DNA of 46,281 nt, from sequence record SRR22947727_223; one strand, written 5' to 3'. A program made the position numbers and the translations under genes. The notes beneath the pieces are model-generated. The model saw nothing but the letters and a program-made list of their open reading frames with translations. It searched no databases and was not told the origin of the DNA. Of the stretch, positions 26,030-34,950 are shown piece by piece (positions within the stretch are counted from its first letter, which is position 1; each line of letters begins with the position of its first letter).

Positions 26030-27285
26030 TATATTGTTGTAATATGTTCATTTACCACCGTTCCGAGGGCCTTTCCTTTCAAAATTTCTCCTAAATATAG
26101 CGAGTTTTTTGAGGTAGCATACAAATCTCCTAGTGTTTGTGTATATTCCAAACTAGGGTCAAATAGTGAAAGTGTCGCTTTATAACCCACTGAAATTATA
26201 GGCTTTTCTAATTTGAAGCGCTCATAGCCCCGCTGCAAAATTGTAACAGCTTGGGCAGTAGTATACAAAGAATTAAGCACACCAAATGCGGCTTCTAAAC
26301 CTAAAGAGCCATAATGAGCATGATCAAAAGCAAGATTTTTTAGTTCTATATCTAAAGGATTGTGGTCCGTAGTCATAAAATCTATCGTGCCCTCTAACAA
26401 TGCTTTTTGTAAGGCTTTTTGATCCTCTTTAGCCCTTAGTGGAGGTGTTAGCTTCGCATTAGTATTAAAATCATTTAAGGCACTTTCATTGGCAAATAAA
26501 TGGTGTAAGGACACACTACAACTAATGTCTAAACCTTCTTTTTTTGCGGCTTTTATCAATAAAATACTCTCTTTTGAAGATATGGTAGGAATATGTAGTT
26601 TTCCACCACTATACCTTAAAAGATGAATATCTCTTTGAATCTGAAGGTGCTCAGATAAGCTTGGATCAGTTTTTAATCCCAATTGCGTAGCCACAATACC
26701 TTCATGCGCTAACCCACTATTAGAAATTTTAGCTGTTTTTGGGAAGCTGAATACTAGACCATCAAAAGATTGGGCGTACTGCAAAGCAATTTTAAGTAAG
26801 TTAGGATTGTCAATAGGGGCATTATAATCATAAAAACCAACTGCACCTTGTCGTTGCATGTCGTATAATTCTGCTATATCTTGACCTTTGGCATTTTTAG
26901 TTAGTGTTCCTAAGGGATAAACGTTTATGGGTGCATTCGCCGCCGCATTTCGAATATATCCTATAGCGTTCTGTTGGTCGGGTACCGGATCAGTATTTGT
27001 ATTTAAAAAAACAGTGCTAAAACCGCTTTTGGCAGCTGTTAAAACGCCATTTTTAAAATTTTCTCTGGACTCGTATCCAGGTTCTCCAACACTAATACCT
27101 GTGTCTAACCATCCTGCAGATACATGTAAGTTATTTATTGCTACCGTTTGGTCTGCTTTAAAATCTTTTATTTTTGACGCTATTTTTAGTATAATACCGT
27201 CTTTTATAGCAATATCTACTCTTTTTAAATGAATACCTGGGTTAGATTCTTCTAATATAGTAGCATCCTTAATTAATATATTCAT
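26029..27285 (-). CDS. Dihydroorotase-like protein lacking metal ligands (PyrC'-like)
   Basis: Amidohydrolase fold motifs (GEPG, AAKSGF, KLTPPLR, TDHNP), but HxH is replaced by DTGISV. Confidence 0.8.
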   Translation of the reverse strand: MNILIKDATILEESNPGIHLKRVDIAIKDGIILKIASKIKDFKADQTVAINNLHVSAGWLDTGISVGEPGYESRENFKNGVLTAAKSGFSTVFLNTNTDPVPDQQNAIGYIRNAAANAPINVYPLGTLTKNAKGQDIAELYDMQRQGAVGFYDYNAPIDNPNLLKIALQYAQSFDGLVFSFPKTAKISNSGLAHEGIVATQLGLKTDPSLSEHLQIQRDIHLLRYSGGKLHIPTISSKESILLIKAAKKEGLDISCSVSLHHLFANESALNDFNTNAKLTPPLRAKEDQKALQKALLEGTIDFMTTDHNPLDIELKNLAFDHAHYGSLGLEAAFGVLNSLYTTAQAVTILQRGYERFKLEKPIISVGYKATLSLFDPSLEYTQTLGDLYATSKNSLYLGEILKGKALGTVVNEHITTI

Positions 27286-27321
27286 TTGAGTAGATTTAGG
27301 TGTAGGCCATTAAAAGCTATG

Positions 27322-27329
27322 CAAAAATA
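27322..27329 (-). promoter_or_regulatory. -7 promoter element for the pyrC-like operon
   Basis: TATTTTTG on the minus strand, 36 nt upstream of ATG 27285. Confidence 0.55.
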
Positions 27330-27379
27330 ACAAACCATTTACAATTGTCAATTCTAATTTAATAAATATCACGTTTCGA

Positions 27380-28048
27380 TTATTTAAAAGATGGGCCAAT
27401 TGTGTTTAACAAGACCCTTTTCATAATCTCATAGCCCTTTTCGTTAGGATGAACACCGTCAGCGCCCAAGGATGCTTTTAAGCCATTTTTATCATCTGAC
27501 ATTTCAGAAAAATAATCAATATACAGGTAGTTTTTCTCTCCCGCTAATGTCTTTAGCATTTCATTTAGGGCCACGATTTTTGGTGCTGGTTTTAATCCAG
27601 GCTTCCAAGGATAATCATATACAGGCAGTACACTGCACAAAAAAACTTCAATCTTATTTAAAGCAGCCAATCCAGCCATACTTTCTATTTGATTGTAGAT
27701 TTCTTGGATACCCATAGGACCAGTATTCCCTGCAATGTCATTTGTACCAGCTAAAATAACAACACCTTTGGGTTTAAGATCCAACACATCTTGTTTAAAA
27801 CGGATGAGCATTTGAGGGGTGGTTTGGCCACCAATACCTCTGTTCACATAGTCAGTTGAATTGAAGAAATTTGGATCAAATAACTTCCATCCCTCCGTAA
27901 TAGAGTTCCCAATAAACACCATTTTTACAGGTGCTTTGTTTTCTATGACAAGTTCATTTTCTGCTTTAAAACGTGCTACATTTGCCCAATCTTGTGCATT
28001 CATATTGGTAAAAATTACAATGACTAAAAATAAGGCTTTAATTTTCAT
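27380..28048 (-). CDS. Secreted SGNH/GDSL hydrolase
   Basis: FIGNSIT, NRGIGGQTT, GTNDI and DGVHPN blocks; signal peptide ending NA/Q. Confidence 0.9.
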   Translation of the reverse strand: MKIKALFLVIVIFTNMNAQDWANVARFKAENELVIENKAPVKMVFIGNSITEGWKLFDPNFFNSTDYVNRGIGGQTTPQMLIRFKQDVLDLKPKGVVILAGTNDIAGNTGPMGIQEIYNQIESMAGLAALNKIEVFLCSVLPVYDYPWKPGLKPAPKIVALNEMLKTLAGEKNYLYIDYFSEMSDDKNGLKASLGADGVHPNEKGYEIMKRVLLNTIGPSFK

Positions 28049-28108
28049 AGGTGATGGATTGGTTTTAATCTCACCTAATTTAATAAAAATAAATTGAAAC
28101 TAAGCGGT

Positions 28109-28870
28109 TTAAAAGCCTTCAAAAACACCCAGGCCAAAAAGCGCAAAATCAAATTTAACAGGATCTAGTGGATCTAGCATTCTCAGGGAATTGTCCAATT
28201 CACTGACTGCTTTTCCGTCATTTTGTGTTCTATCTAATAGCCCCAATTTTCTGGCAACTCTACCACTGTGAACATCCAAGGGGCAGGAAAGCTGGCTGGG
28301 TTTAATTTTGCTCCAAATGCCAAAATCTACCTTTTGATTGTGGTCTCTGACCATCCATCTGAGGAACATATTAAGTCTTTTTGCCGCAGAACCTTTTAAG
28401 GGGTCAGACACATGCTTTGTAGTTCTTAGGGGATGAGGAATATTAAAAAAGATCGCTTTGAATAAGCTAATATTTTCTTGTAAAGAAACGTCTGGCTTGG
28501 TGAAAAATGCATTTTCTAAGCCACCATGATGGGTATAGATGTTTTTTAAAGATTGACAAAAAAACCTGGCGTCTGCCCCATTAAAAGTTCGGTGTTTAAA
28601 ATTTGAAAGTGAATTGTAGTCATTTTCGATAGCATTCATGATAAATTCATGAGGTGCGGAATCCATGAGTGCCATAAATGTTTGGGCACTTTTTAAGATA
28701 CTTTTTCTATTTCCCCAAGACAAAGTAGCTGCTATAAAGCCACTAATTTCAATGTCTTCTTTTTTACTAAATAGATAAGGAATTTGAATGGGATCAGTTT
28801 CAATGAACTGTGGTTGTTGGTATTGGATCACTTTCTCCTCTAGAAATGAACTGACGGTCTCTTTGTTCAT
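28109..28870 (-). CDS. TIGR02757/DUF2400 family protein
   Basis: DPIQIP, LSWGNR, SAAKRLNMFLRWMVR, PLDVH and DPVKFDFALFGLG. Confidence 0.85.
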   Translation of the reverse strand: MNKETVSSFLEEKVIQYQQPQFIETDPIQIPYLFSKKEDIEISGFIAATLSWGNRKSILKSAQTFMALMDSAPHEFIMNAIENDYNSLSNFKHRTFNGADARFFCQSLKNIYTHHGGLENAFFTKPDVSLQENISLFKAIFFNIPHPLRTTKHVSDPLKGSAAKRLNMFLRWMVRDHNQKVDFGIWSKIKPSQLSCPLDVHSGRVARKLGLLDRTQNDGKAVSELDNSLRMLDPLDPVKFDFALFGLGVFEGF

Positions 28871-28884
28871 AAAGTATTGTTGTA

Positions 28885-29541
28885 TTAATTCATATTTCCG
28901 TCCGTCATGGTAAGCGTTCTGTCTGCCATTTTCGCCAAAGATTCATTGTGTGTCACTAAAACAAACGTTTGATTATAGGTATCTCTTAGCTTAAAAAAAA
29001 GCTGATGCAATATTTGTGCACTTTCTGAGTCAAGATTGCCGCTGGGTTCATCTGCAAATACAACGGCAGGCTTGTTTATGAGTGCTCTAGCTACTGCAAC
29101 CCTTTGTTGTTCTCCCCCAGACAACGCATCAGGTTTGTGGTGTATTCTCTCTGAAAGCCCCAGAAAGTTCAGTAATTCAGTAGCGTCATTTGTTGCTTGT
29201 TGCTTACTGCTCCCATGAATATATGCAGGAATGCATACATTTTCAAGGGCTGTAAATTCAGGAAGCAATTGATGGAACTGAAAAATAAAGCCTATATTTT
29301 TATTTCTAAATGCGGCAAGTTCTTTTGGGTTTAAGAGCGGGACACATTTATGGTTAATTTCTAATACAGCGTCCTTGTTTGTGGGTTGTTCAAGAGTGCC
29401 TAATATTTGTAATAGCGTTGTTTTTCCAGCTCCTGAAGCCCCAACTATAGCGACTATTTCACCTTCTTTAATATGAATATTAACCCCTTTTAATACTTCT
29501 AGGTCTCCATATGATTTTCGAATATTATTCGCTGTGATCAT
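28885..29541 (-). CDS. lolD: ABC transporter ATP-binding protein (LolD-like)
   Basis: [30 protein letters not shown] and ADEPSGNLD. Confidence 0.75.
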   Translation of the reverse strand: MITANNIRKSYGDLEVLKGVNIHIKEGEIVAIVGASGAGKTTLLQILGTLEQPTNKDAVLEINHKCVPLLNPKELAAFRNKNIGFIFQFHQLLPEFTALENVCIPAYIHGSSKQQATNDATELLNFLGLSERIHHKPDALSGGEQQRVAVARALINKPAVVFADEPSGNLDSESAQILHQLFFKLRDTYNQTFVLVTHNESLAKMADRTLTMTDGNMN

Positions 29542-29682
29542 TAATTAGGTATTTCTTTATTAATAGAGTAAATATAATCAAACACAATTGCTCTGGCTTA
29601 TTCTTATGAAATTTATGGCTTAATGGTAATTATTTTATTGTAAATTTGTTCATTGTTATTTATAAAATATTAAACAAAACAA

Positions 29683-30279
29683 ATGTCCTATACCCATTTA
29701 GATTCATACGATGCCCCAATTACTGAAAGTGTTAAAAAAAATTATGACCTCATATTAAATGCCATAGGAGAGGACTCCTCTAGAGAAGGCTTGCTTAAAA
29801 CACCTGAGAGAGCAGCTAAAGCCATGCAGTTTTTAACCCAAGGTTATGACCAAGACCCTCAAGCTATTCTTAGAGGTGCAATGTTTAAGGAAGATTATGA
29901 TGACATGGTGATTATCAAAGACATTGAATTGTACTCTATGTGTGAGCACCATATGCTGCCTTTTTTTGGTAAAGCGCACATTGCATATATTCCTAATGGA
30001 CATATAGTTGGATTAAGTAAGATTCCAAGAATAGTAGATGTTTTTGCAAGACGTCTTCAGGTACAAGAACGACTCACACATGATATACTTGAGTGCATTA
30101 ATACAACACTTTCTCCAAAAGGAGTAGCCGTTGTAATAGAGGCCTCACACATGTGTATGATGATGCGTGGCGTTCAAAAACAGAATTCTGTCACAACAAC
30201 ATCAGGATTTAGAGGCTTGTTTGAAAAAACTGCCACTAGAAATGAATTTATGAAGCTTATTAGCAGCAGTTTATCTTAG
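29683..30279 (+). CDS. folE: GTP cyclohydrolase I
   Basis: [36 protein letters not shown] and HMCMMMRG. -7 TAAATTTG at 29641-29648. Confidence 0.96.
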   Translation: MSYTHLDSYDAPITESVKKNYDLILNAIGEDSSREGLLKTPERAAKAMQFLTQGYDQDPQAILRGAMFKEDYDDMVIIKDIELYSMCEHHMLPFFGKAHIAYIPNGHIVGLSKIPRIVDVFARRLQVQERLTHDILECINTTLSPKGVAVVIEASHMCMMMRGVQKQNSVTTTSGFRGLFEKTATRNEFMKLISSSLS

Positions 30280-30398
30280 GTTAAAAAGTTATTGTAATGA
30301 TCTTGGTTTAAATTTTTACAATCCCTAGCCTCTTTTTAAAGTGTTAAAGTATGGACTTATACTTGTTGTATTATCCTAAAAATTAATAATTTAGTTGA

Positions 30399-31265
30399 AT
30401 GAATGCTCCTATTGATATTATTTTAAATGCCCTGACAGGAAACTTACATTGGTTTTATAGGTCAATAGTGTTTGACGTGCCATGGAGTCAAAATTACTTT
30501 TGGGGATTAACTATTATTTCTTTTGTTATTTGGGGTCTTGAGATGTTGTTTCCATGGAGAAAAAACCAATCTTTTTTCAGAAAAGATTTTTGGTTAGATG
30601 CGTTTTATATGTATTTTAATTTCTTCATCTTCACAACCATTATTAGTGGTGTTTATGCTTTAATATCAAATGCTTTCTCATCTGTTGGAATAGAGATGAA
30701 TTCTTTGTCGATTATTGATATTAAAGCTTTACCCACCTGGATAGGATTACTTATTTTCTTTGTATTATTAGATTTCGTGCAATGGTTTACCCATGTTTTA
30801 TTACATAAAATTCCTTTTTTTTGGCAGTTCCACAAAGTGCATCATTCCGTAAAGGAAATGGGCTTTGCAGCACATTTAAGGTACCATTGGATGGAAAACA
30901 TTCTCTATAAACCCTTTAAAACTATCGCAATTATGCTTTTAGGCGGGTTTGAGCCAACTCAAGCATTTATGGTTCATTTTGTTGCCATAACTATAGGTCA
31001 TTTAAACCATGCTAATTTAGCTTTGGATTGGGGCCCATTAAAGTATCTGCTAAATAATCCAGTGATGCATTTATACCACCATGCTAAATCACTTCCTAAA
31101 GGTCGTTTTGGGGTTAATTTTGGCATTAGTTTAAGCGTGTGGGATTATTTATTTAATACTTCTTATGTGCCCAAAAAGAATCCCCACCTAACCCTGGGGT
31201 TTGATGGGGATGAAAATTTCCCAAAAGACTTTTTAAATCAAAACCTGAGTGGCTTTAATAAATAA
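30399..31265 (+). CDS. Fatty acid hydroxylase/sterol desaturase family di-iron membrane enzyme
   Basis: His boxes HVLLH, HKVHH, HLNH and HLYHH; NFG..LSVWDYLF. Confidence 0.85.
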   Translation: MNAPIDIILNALTGNLHWFYRSIVFDVPWSQNYFWGLTIISFVIWGLEMLFPWRKNQSFFRKDFWLDAFYMYFNFFIFTTIISGVYALISNAFSSVGIEMNSLSIIDIKALPTWIGLLIFFVLLDFVQWFTHVLLHKIPFFWQFHKVHHSVKEMGFAAHLRYHWMENILYKPFKTIAIMLLGGFEPTQAFMVHFVAITIGHLNHANLALDWGPLKYLLNNPVMHLYHHAKSLPKGRFGVNFGISLSVWDYLFNTSYVPKKNPHLTLGFDGDENFPKDFLNQNLSGFNK

Positions 31266-31266
31266 C

Positions 31267-31809
31267 TTATTCTACACTGATAGTAAAGTTTACTGCTACA
31301 TCTGTTTCCCCACCAGCATCTAAAATTCCTGTATTGGGTTTTTTAGGCTCATGTCTTAGGGTAATTCCAAAACCAGCAGTTCCAGCAGCTCCAGTAGTAA
31401 GCGTAAAGTCCAGACCTAACGGATTGCCATTTGAATCATTATCAGACGTGGTCACGCTATTAATAGGCGCAGTAAAAGAGTAAAACACTTGGTGCTCCTC
31501 TGCTTCTTCTTTAACTTCTTCCGTAATGTCTTCTAATGGTGCAACAGATTCGTTTAAAAAGCGAACAGACCCTGTGTAAGTTGCGTTTGCGTTTAACAGG
31601 CCTTGTACCGACAAGACTGGTTCATTTGGTCCATCGCCATCTAGGTCTACAGAACTTAGCGTTACTGTATTGTCTGCAGACTGAAGTGTCACAATCACGG
31701 AAGTAATTACTTCTTCTTCTTGGATGAGCTCTGGACTGTCATTATCGTTGCAAGATAATAATGTCACAAATAAGGACAGGCTTAATAGGGTAGATATAAT
31801 TTTTTTCAT
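31267..31809 (-). CDS. Acidic surface lipoprotein associated with a TonB-dependent receptor
   Basis: Lipobox LLSC (Cys20) followed by acidic NDNDS; DLDGDG, EEHQVFY and LRHEP motifs. Confidence 0.8.
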   Translation of the reverse strand: MKKIISTLLSLSLFVTLLSCNDNDSPELIQEEEVITSVIVTLQSADNTVTLSSVDLDGDGPNEPVLSVQGLLNANATYTGSVRFLNESVAPLEDITEEVKEEAEEHQVFYSFTAPINSVTTSDNDSNGNPLGLDFTLTTGAAGTAGFGITLRHEPKKPNTGILDAGGETDVAVNFTISVE

Positions 31810-31828
31810 AAGATGTGATTTAGTTAAA

Positions 31829-34210
31829 TCAAAAATTGATTTGAAATTGTAATTGTAGGTTTATTCCCAATTCATTTGAAAAATATCGAAGTCTATTGAG
31901 GTAATTTTGGTAGGTAAGATTGGTGAGGTTTTCACCACTTAGCCTCAGTTTATATTGTGTGATACCGCTTTTGGGAAATTGGTATTCAACTAGGGAAGAA
32001 AGTAAAAAATACCCATTGGGTGCTCTGTTTATCTCTAGTAGTTGTTCTCTTTGTGTGTAGGGATTAAAAATCAATAAATCTTCAGGTACTTCATTTTGCC
32101 TAAAATTGTAATCTCCCCTCAGCTGAACACTAAGTCCTTTTATGTGTTTAAATGATTGCGAGAGCTCATGATGGGTACTTACAGGCGGAATGTTTGGAAA
32201 AGGGCTATTGTTTTTAAGATCAAGGGCTTTAACTATTGAAGCGCCGTTGGTAAATTTTAGCTCGTCTGTAAAGTATTCTGTCCATTTAAAATCTATACCA
32301 GTGAAATTCGCATTGGTTTGTTGGTATTCCCAAACAGGAAAAGCACCTCTAATTGTGAATTCAAGCCCAGCAGGAATTAGTGCCATATAGTCGTTTATAC
32401 GGTTAAAATACGGGGCAATAAAAAAAGTCCTTTGTGCAGCGCTATAGCTGTATTGAACAGCTAGTTTTTGCGCTTTTTCTTTTTTCATTCTCAAAGAACC
32501 TAATTCAATTCTAGCGGCAGAATGGTGCAATCCCTCACTAAATAACTCCGCCGGATTAGGGGCTCTTTCTATATACTGCAGGTGTGTGCTAACACGGTGT
32601 CCTAGATTGTTATAATGTAAACTAAAGGCAGCAGATTGGGTGTTGAAACTCAATTCAGGAGCGGTTAAAATCTGCGTATCAAAGTCTGATACAATAAAAT
32701 CTGAAAAATCAGTATTGTAACCCAAAGCGGTCCATCTAGAAGTTTTATAAAATTTATCTGCTTTTATTTGAACCCAATCTGTTCTTATACTCCCTTCTAA
32801 CTCCCAAGACGGAGAAAGGGTTTTTAATCCGTATAAATAGGTGCCAAAATTTAAGTTATTGTAATCAGGAATAAGTCTTTTTACACCAGTTGCTGGATTT
32901 GGAAAATGTATTTGATAGGCTGTTTCTATGCCAAATTCAATTAGCTTGTCATAAGAGGTGTCTAATTTGAAATTAGATTGAAAACCATGGGTTTGTAATT
33001 GTAAATCTGTTCCTGGTAGTTTATTTCTGTCTCCAAGCCTCACATCGTACTCTTTTCTATTGTTCTGTTGAAAATCGTATTGAAGGGTCCACTTACCTAT
33101 GTCTTCAAAATGGTAATAGGCAGAAATTTTAGCCAATACATGAGAAACATCCTGTCTTGGATTTTCAATATTATAGGTGAATGCTCCAATGGGAATAGCG
33201 GTCTCTCTATTAATTTGATTGATTAAATCTTGAAGGTTACCAATGTGTGAATTCCTAAGAATCCCATTATTTGCTTTAAAATAAGAAATATATGCATCTA
33301 TTCCTTTATGGGCCAAATGCCAACCAAAAGGAATAGATATACTGGTCTGTTCTAATCCAGTATTTTGTAAGTAACCAGCAGCGTTTCTGTTATTACCTGC
33401 TTTTTTATAGCTGGCTTGAATCCCGTAGAATAAACCATTTTCAAAATCTTTTTCAAATTTTTGGCTGCTTAAAACGCCAAGACCATTGGTGTAAGTAGTA
33501 AATATAGCACTGTGTTTTTGACTGTTCTTAAAAACAGGTTTTCTTGGATCTAAAACAATGACACCCCCCACAGCATCTCCACCGTATTTAAGGGCTTTTG
33601 CTCCAACAGCAAGTGAAACCCCTTCTACACTAGAAGTAGCGATATTTGGCGCGTGTTCTGCACCCCATTCCATATCTTGCATTCTTACCCCTTGGTTATT
33701 GGTAATCACCCTACTTCCATACACTCCATGAAGCAATGGTTTTGCTATAGCGTTACCTGTCTTAAGGGTATTAATCCCTTGAATTTCGGTGAGCGCTTCA
33801 GCAAAATTTTGGCTGAGTTTATTCTCAAAAACAGTTGCATCTATGGTTTGTTGTACTATTAAATTAGTGGCTTTTTTAATTAATGCTACTTCATTCAATG
33901 CTTCTACATGATGCTCTAAATAGAAAGTTTTGCTCGTATTTTTTTCTAATTTTATAGGAATAAACTGGGTGCCACAATCTATATGAGAAATTTCAATTTC
34001 ATAAAAACCTTGGCATAATCCTTGTAAAATAAACTGGCCATTTTTATCTGAAAAAACTTCTTTTTGCAGTCCGTAAATAGCTACAATAGCACCTTCTAAG
34101 GGTTTCCCATCATGTTGGTCTATCACTTTCCCTTGAATGATAAAGTGACAATCTTGAGCGTTCACAAGTGTCAGTACAAGGGACATTAACAATAATAAAA
34201 TATACTTCAT
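31829..34210 (-). CDS. TonB-dependent receptor with an N-terminal carboxypeptidase-regulatory-like domain (probable metal uptake)
   Basis: Signal peptide, plug motifs (KPLLHG, WGAEHAP, YGGDAVGGVI), RAPNPAELFSEGLHH and C-terminal Phe (QFQINF). Confidence 0.9.
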   Translation of the reverse strand: MKYILLLLMSLVLTLVNAQDCHFIIQGKVIDQHDGKPLEGAIVAIYGLQKEVFSDKNGQFILQGLCQGFYEIEISHIDCGTQFIPIKLEKNTSKTFYLEHHVEALNEVALIKKATNLIVQQTIDATVFENKLSQNFAEALTEIQGINTLKTGNAIAKPLLHGVYGSRVITNNQGVRMQDMEWGAEHAPNIATSSVEGVSLAVGAKALKYGGDAVGGVIVLDPRKPVFKNSQKHSAIFTTYTNGLGVLSSQKFEKDFENGLFYGIQASYKKAGNNRNAAGYLQNTGLEQTSISIPFGWHLAHKGIDAYISYFKANNGILRNSHIGNLQDLINQINRETAIPIGAFTYNIENPRQDVSHVLAKISAYYHFEDIGKWTLQYDFQQNNRKEYDVRLGDRNKLPGTDLQLQTHGFQSNFKLDTSYDKLIEFGIETAYQIHFPNPATGVKRLIPDYNNLNFGTYLYGLKTLSPSWELEGSIRTDWVQIKADKFYKTSRWTALGYNTDFSDFIVSDFDTQILTAPELSFNTQSAAFSLHYNNLGHRVSTHLQYIERAPNPAELFSEGLHHSAARIELGSLRMKKEKAQKLAVQYSYSAAQRTFFIAPYFNRINDYMALIPAGLEFTIRGAFPVWEYQQTNANFTGIDFKWTEYFTDELKFTNGASIVKALDLKNNSPFPNIPPVSTHHELSQSFKHIKGLSVQLRGDYNFRQNEVPEDLLIFNPYTQREQLLEINRAPNGYFLLSSLVEYQFPKSGITQYKLRLSGENLTNLTYQNYLNRLRYFSNELGINLQLQFQINF

Positions 34211-34257
34211 GAATACATATTCAAATTACAACTAGTGCTAAAAGAGCACTTCAATAC

Positions 34258-34560
34258 CTATGAGTTGTGGTCAGAGGGGGGAGGTCTAGACCAGATATTG
34301 GTGTAAAATGAATGTTTTAAAACTTGCGCAAATATTTGATTGCTGCGCTTTAAGGAAATAATTACAAGCTCATTATTAGCTATGCAGTCTAGCTCAGCAA
34401 CAACTAATAGCGGTGCCTGAAGTTGTTGAATTTCACATGTTTGGCAATGGCTTGCTTTATCTGCATGGTGGTTGTCATGGGTGTATGCGTGTAAAGCACT
34501 GCTTTTTATAAAAAAAAGAAGCACGAACAAGATTCCATATGTCCCACGTTTAGTAAACAT
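34258..34560 (-). CDS. His-rich CxxC/RPPP small protein (DUF2946/CruR-like upstream ORF)
   Basis: Hydrophobic N-terminus, HAYTHDNHH, HCQTC and C-terminal WSRPPP. Ends 47 nt before the TBDR start; TATATTTG -7 element at 34564-34571. Confidence 0.7.
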   Translation of the reverse strand: MFTKRGTYGILFVLLFFIKSSALHAYTHDNHHADKASHCQTCEIQQLQAPLLVVAELDCIANNELVIISLKRSNQIFAQVLKHSFYTNIWSRPPPSDHNS

Positions 34561-34614
34561 GTTCAAATATATGGATTTAGGTATTGAGATAATTCCTAAT
34601 GAAATGTTAAATAA

Positions 34615-34950
34615 CTATTTGAATAAAAAACCCAAACCCATCCGTTTGAGCATTTTCTTTTCAAAATTCCAAAAGAACTTAAATTGACCAAACAATCCTC
34701 CAAACGCTACTAATAGCACTTGATAAATAGGGAAGATAATTAAGATCCTCATGGCCCAATAAAACACCATGGTATACCAGTGGTCTTCAAACGCGTGACG
34801 CTCGAGTCCAAACAGCTCTAAAACAGGTCTAGCGAGTTTTAATGCGCTACTCCCAGTAATAGAAAACACAATGAAAATCACGACCAGTGCTCTGTTGGAA
34901 GAAACCGCCCATTTGTCTTTTAATTTAGAAAAATAGGAGGGTTTATGCAT
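34615..34950 (-). CDS. Small membrane protein (DUF6787-like)
   Basis: IFIVFSITGSS, IFPIYQVLL and GQFKFFWNFEKKMLKR. Start (34950 or 34956) overlaps the serA stop. Confidence 0.7.
   Translation of the reverse strand: MHKPSYFSKLKDKWAVSSNRALVVIFIVFSITGSSALKLARPVLELFGLERHAFEDHWYTMVFYWAMRILIIFPIYQVLLVAFGGLFGQFKFFWNFEKKMLKRMGLGFLFK

Noticed and set aside
29683-31265. folE next to a fatty acid hydroxylase-family gene as a pterin-dependent alkylglycerol monooxygenase system
   Set aside because: AGMO has Glu directly after the first HxxxH box, but this protein has Lys (HVLLHK). The 119-nt gap gives no sign of coupling.
30399-31265. Hydroxylase as a sulfonolipid-modifying enzyme
   Set aside because: It is about 20 kb from the locus and nothing in the sequence indicates the substrate.
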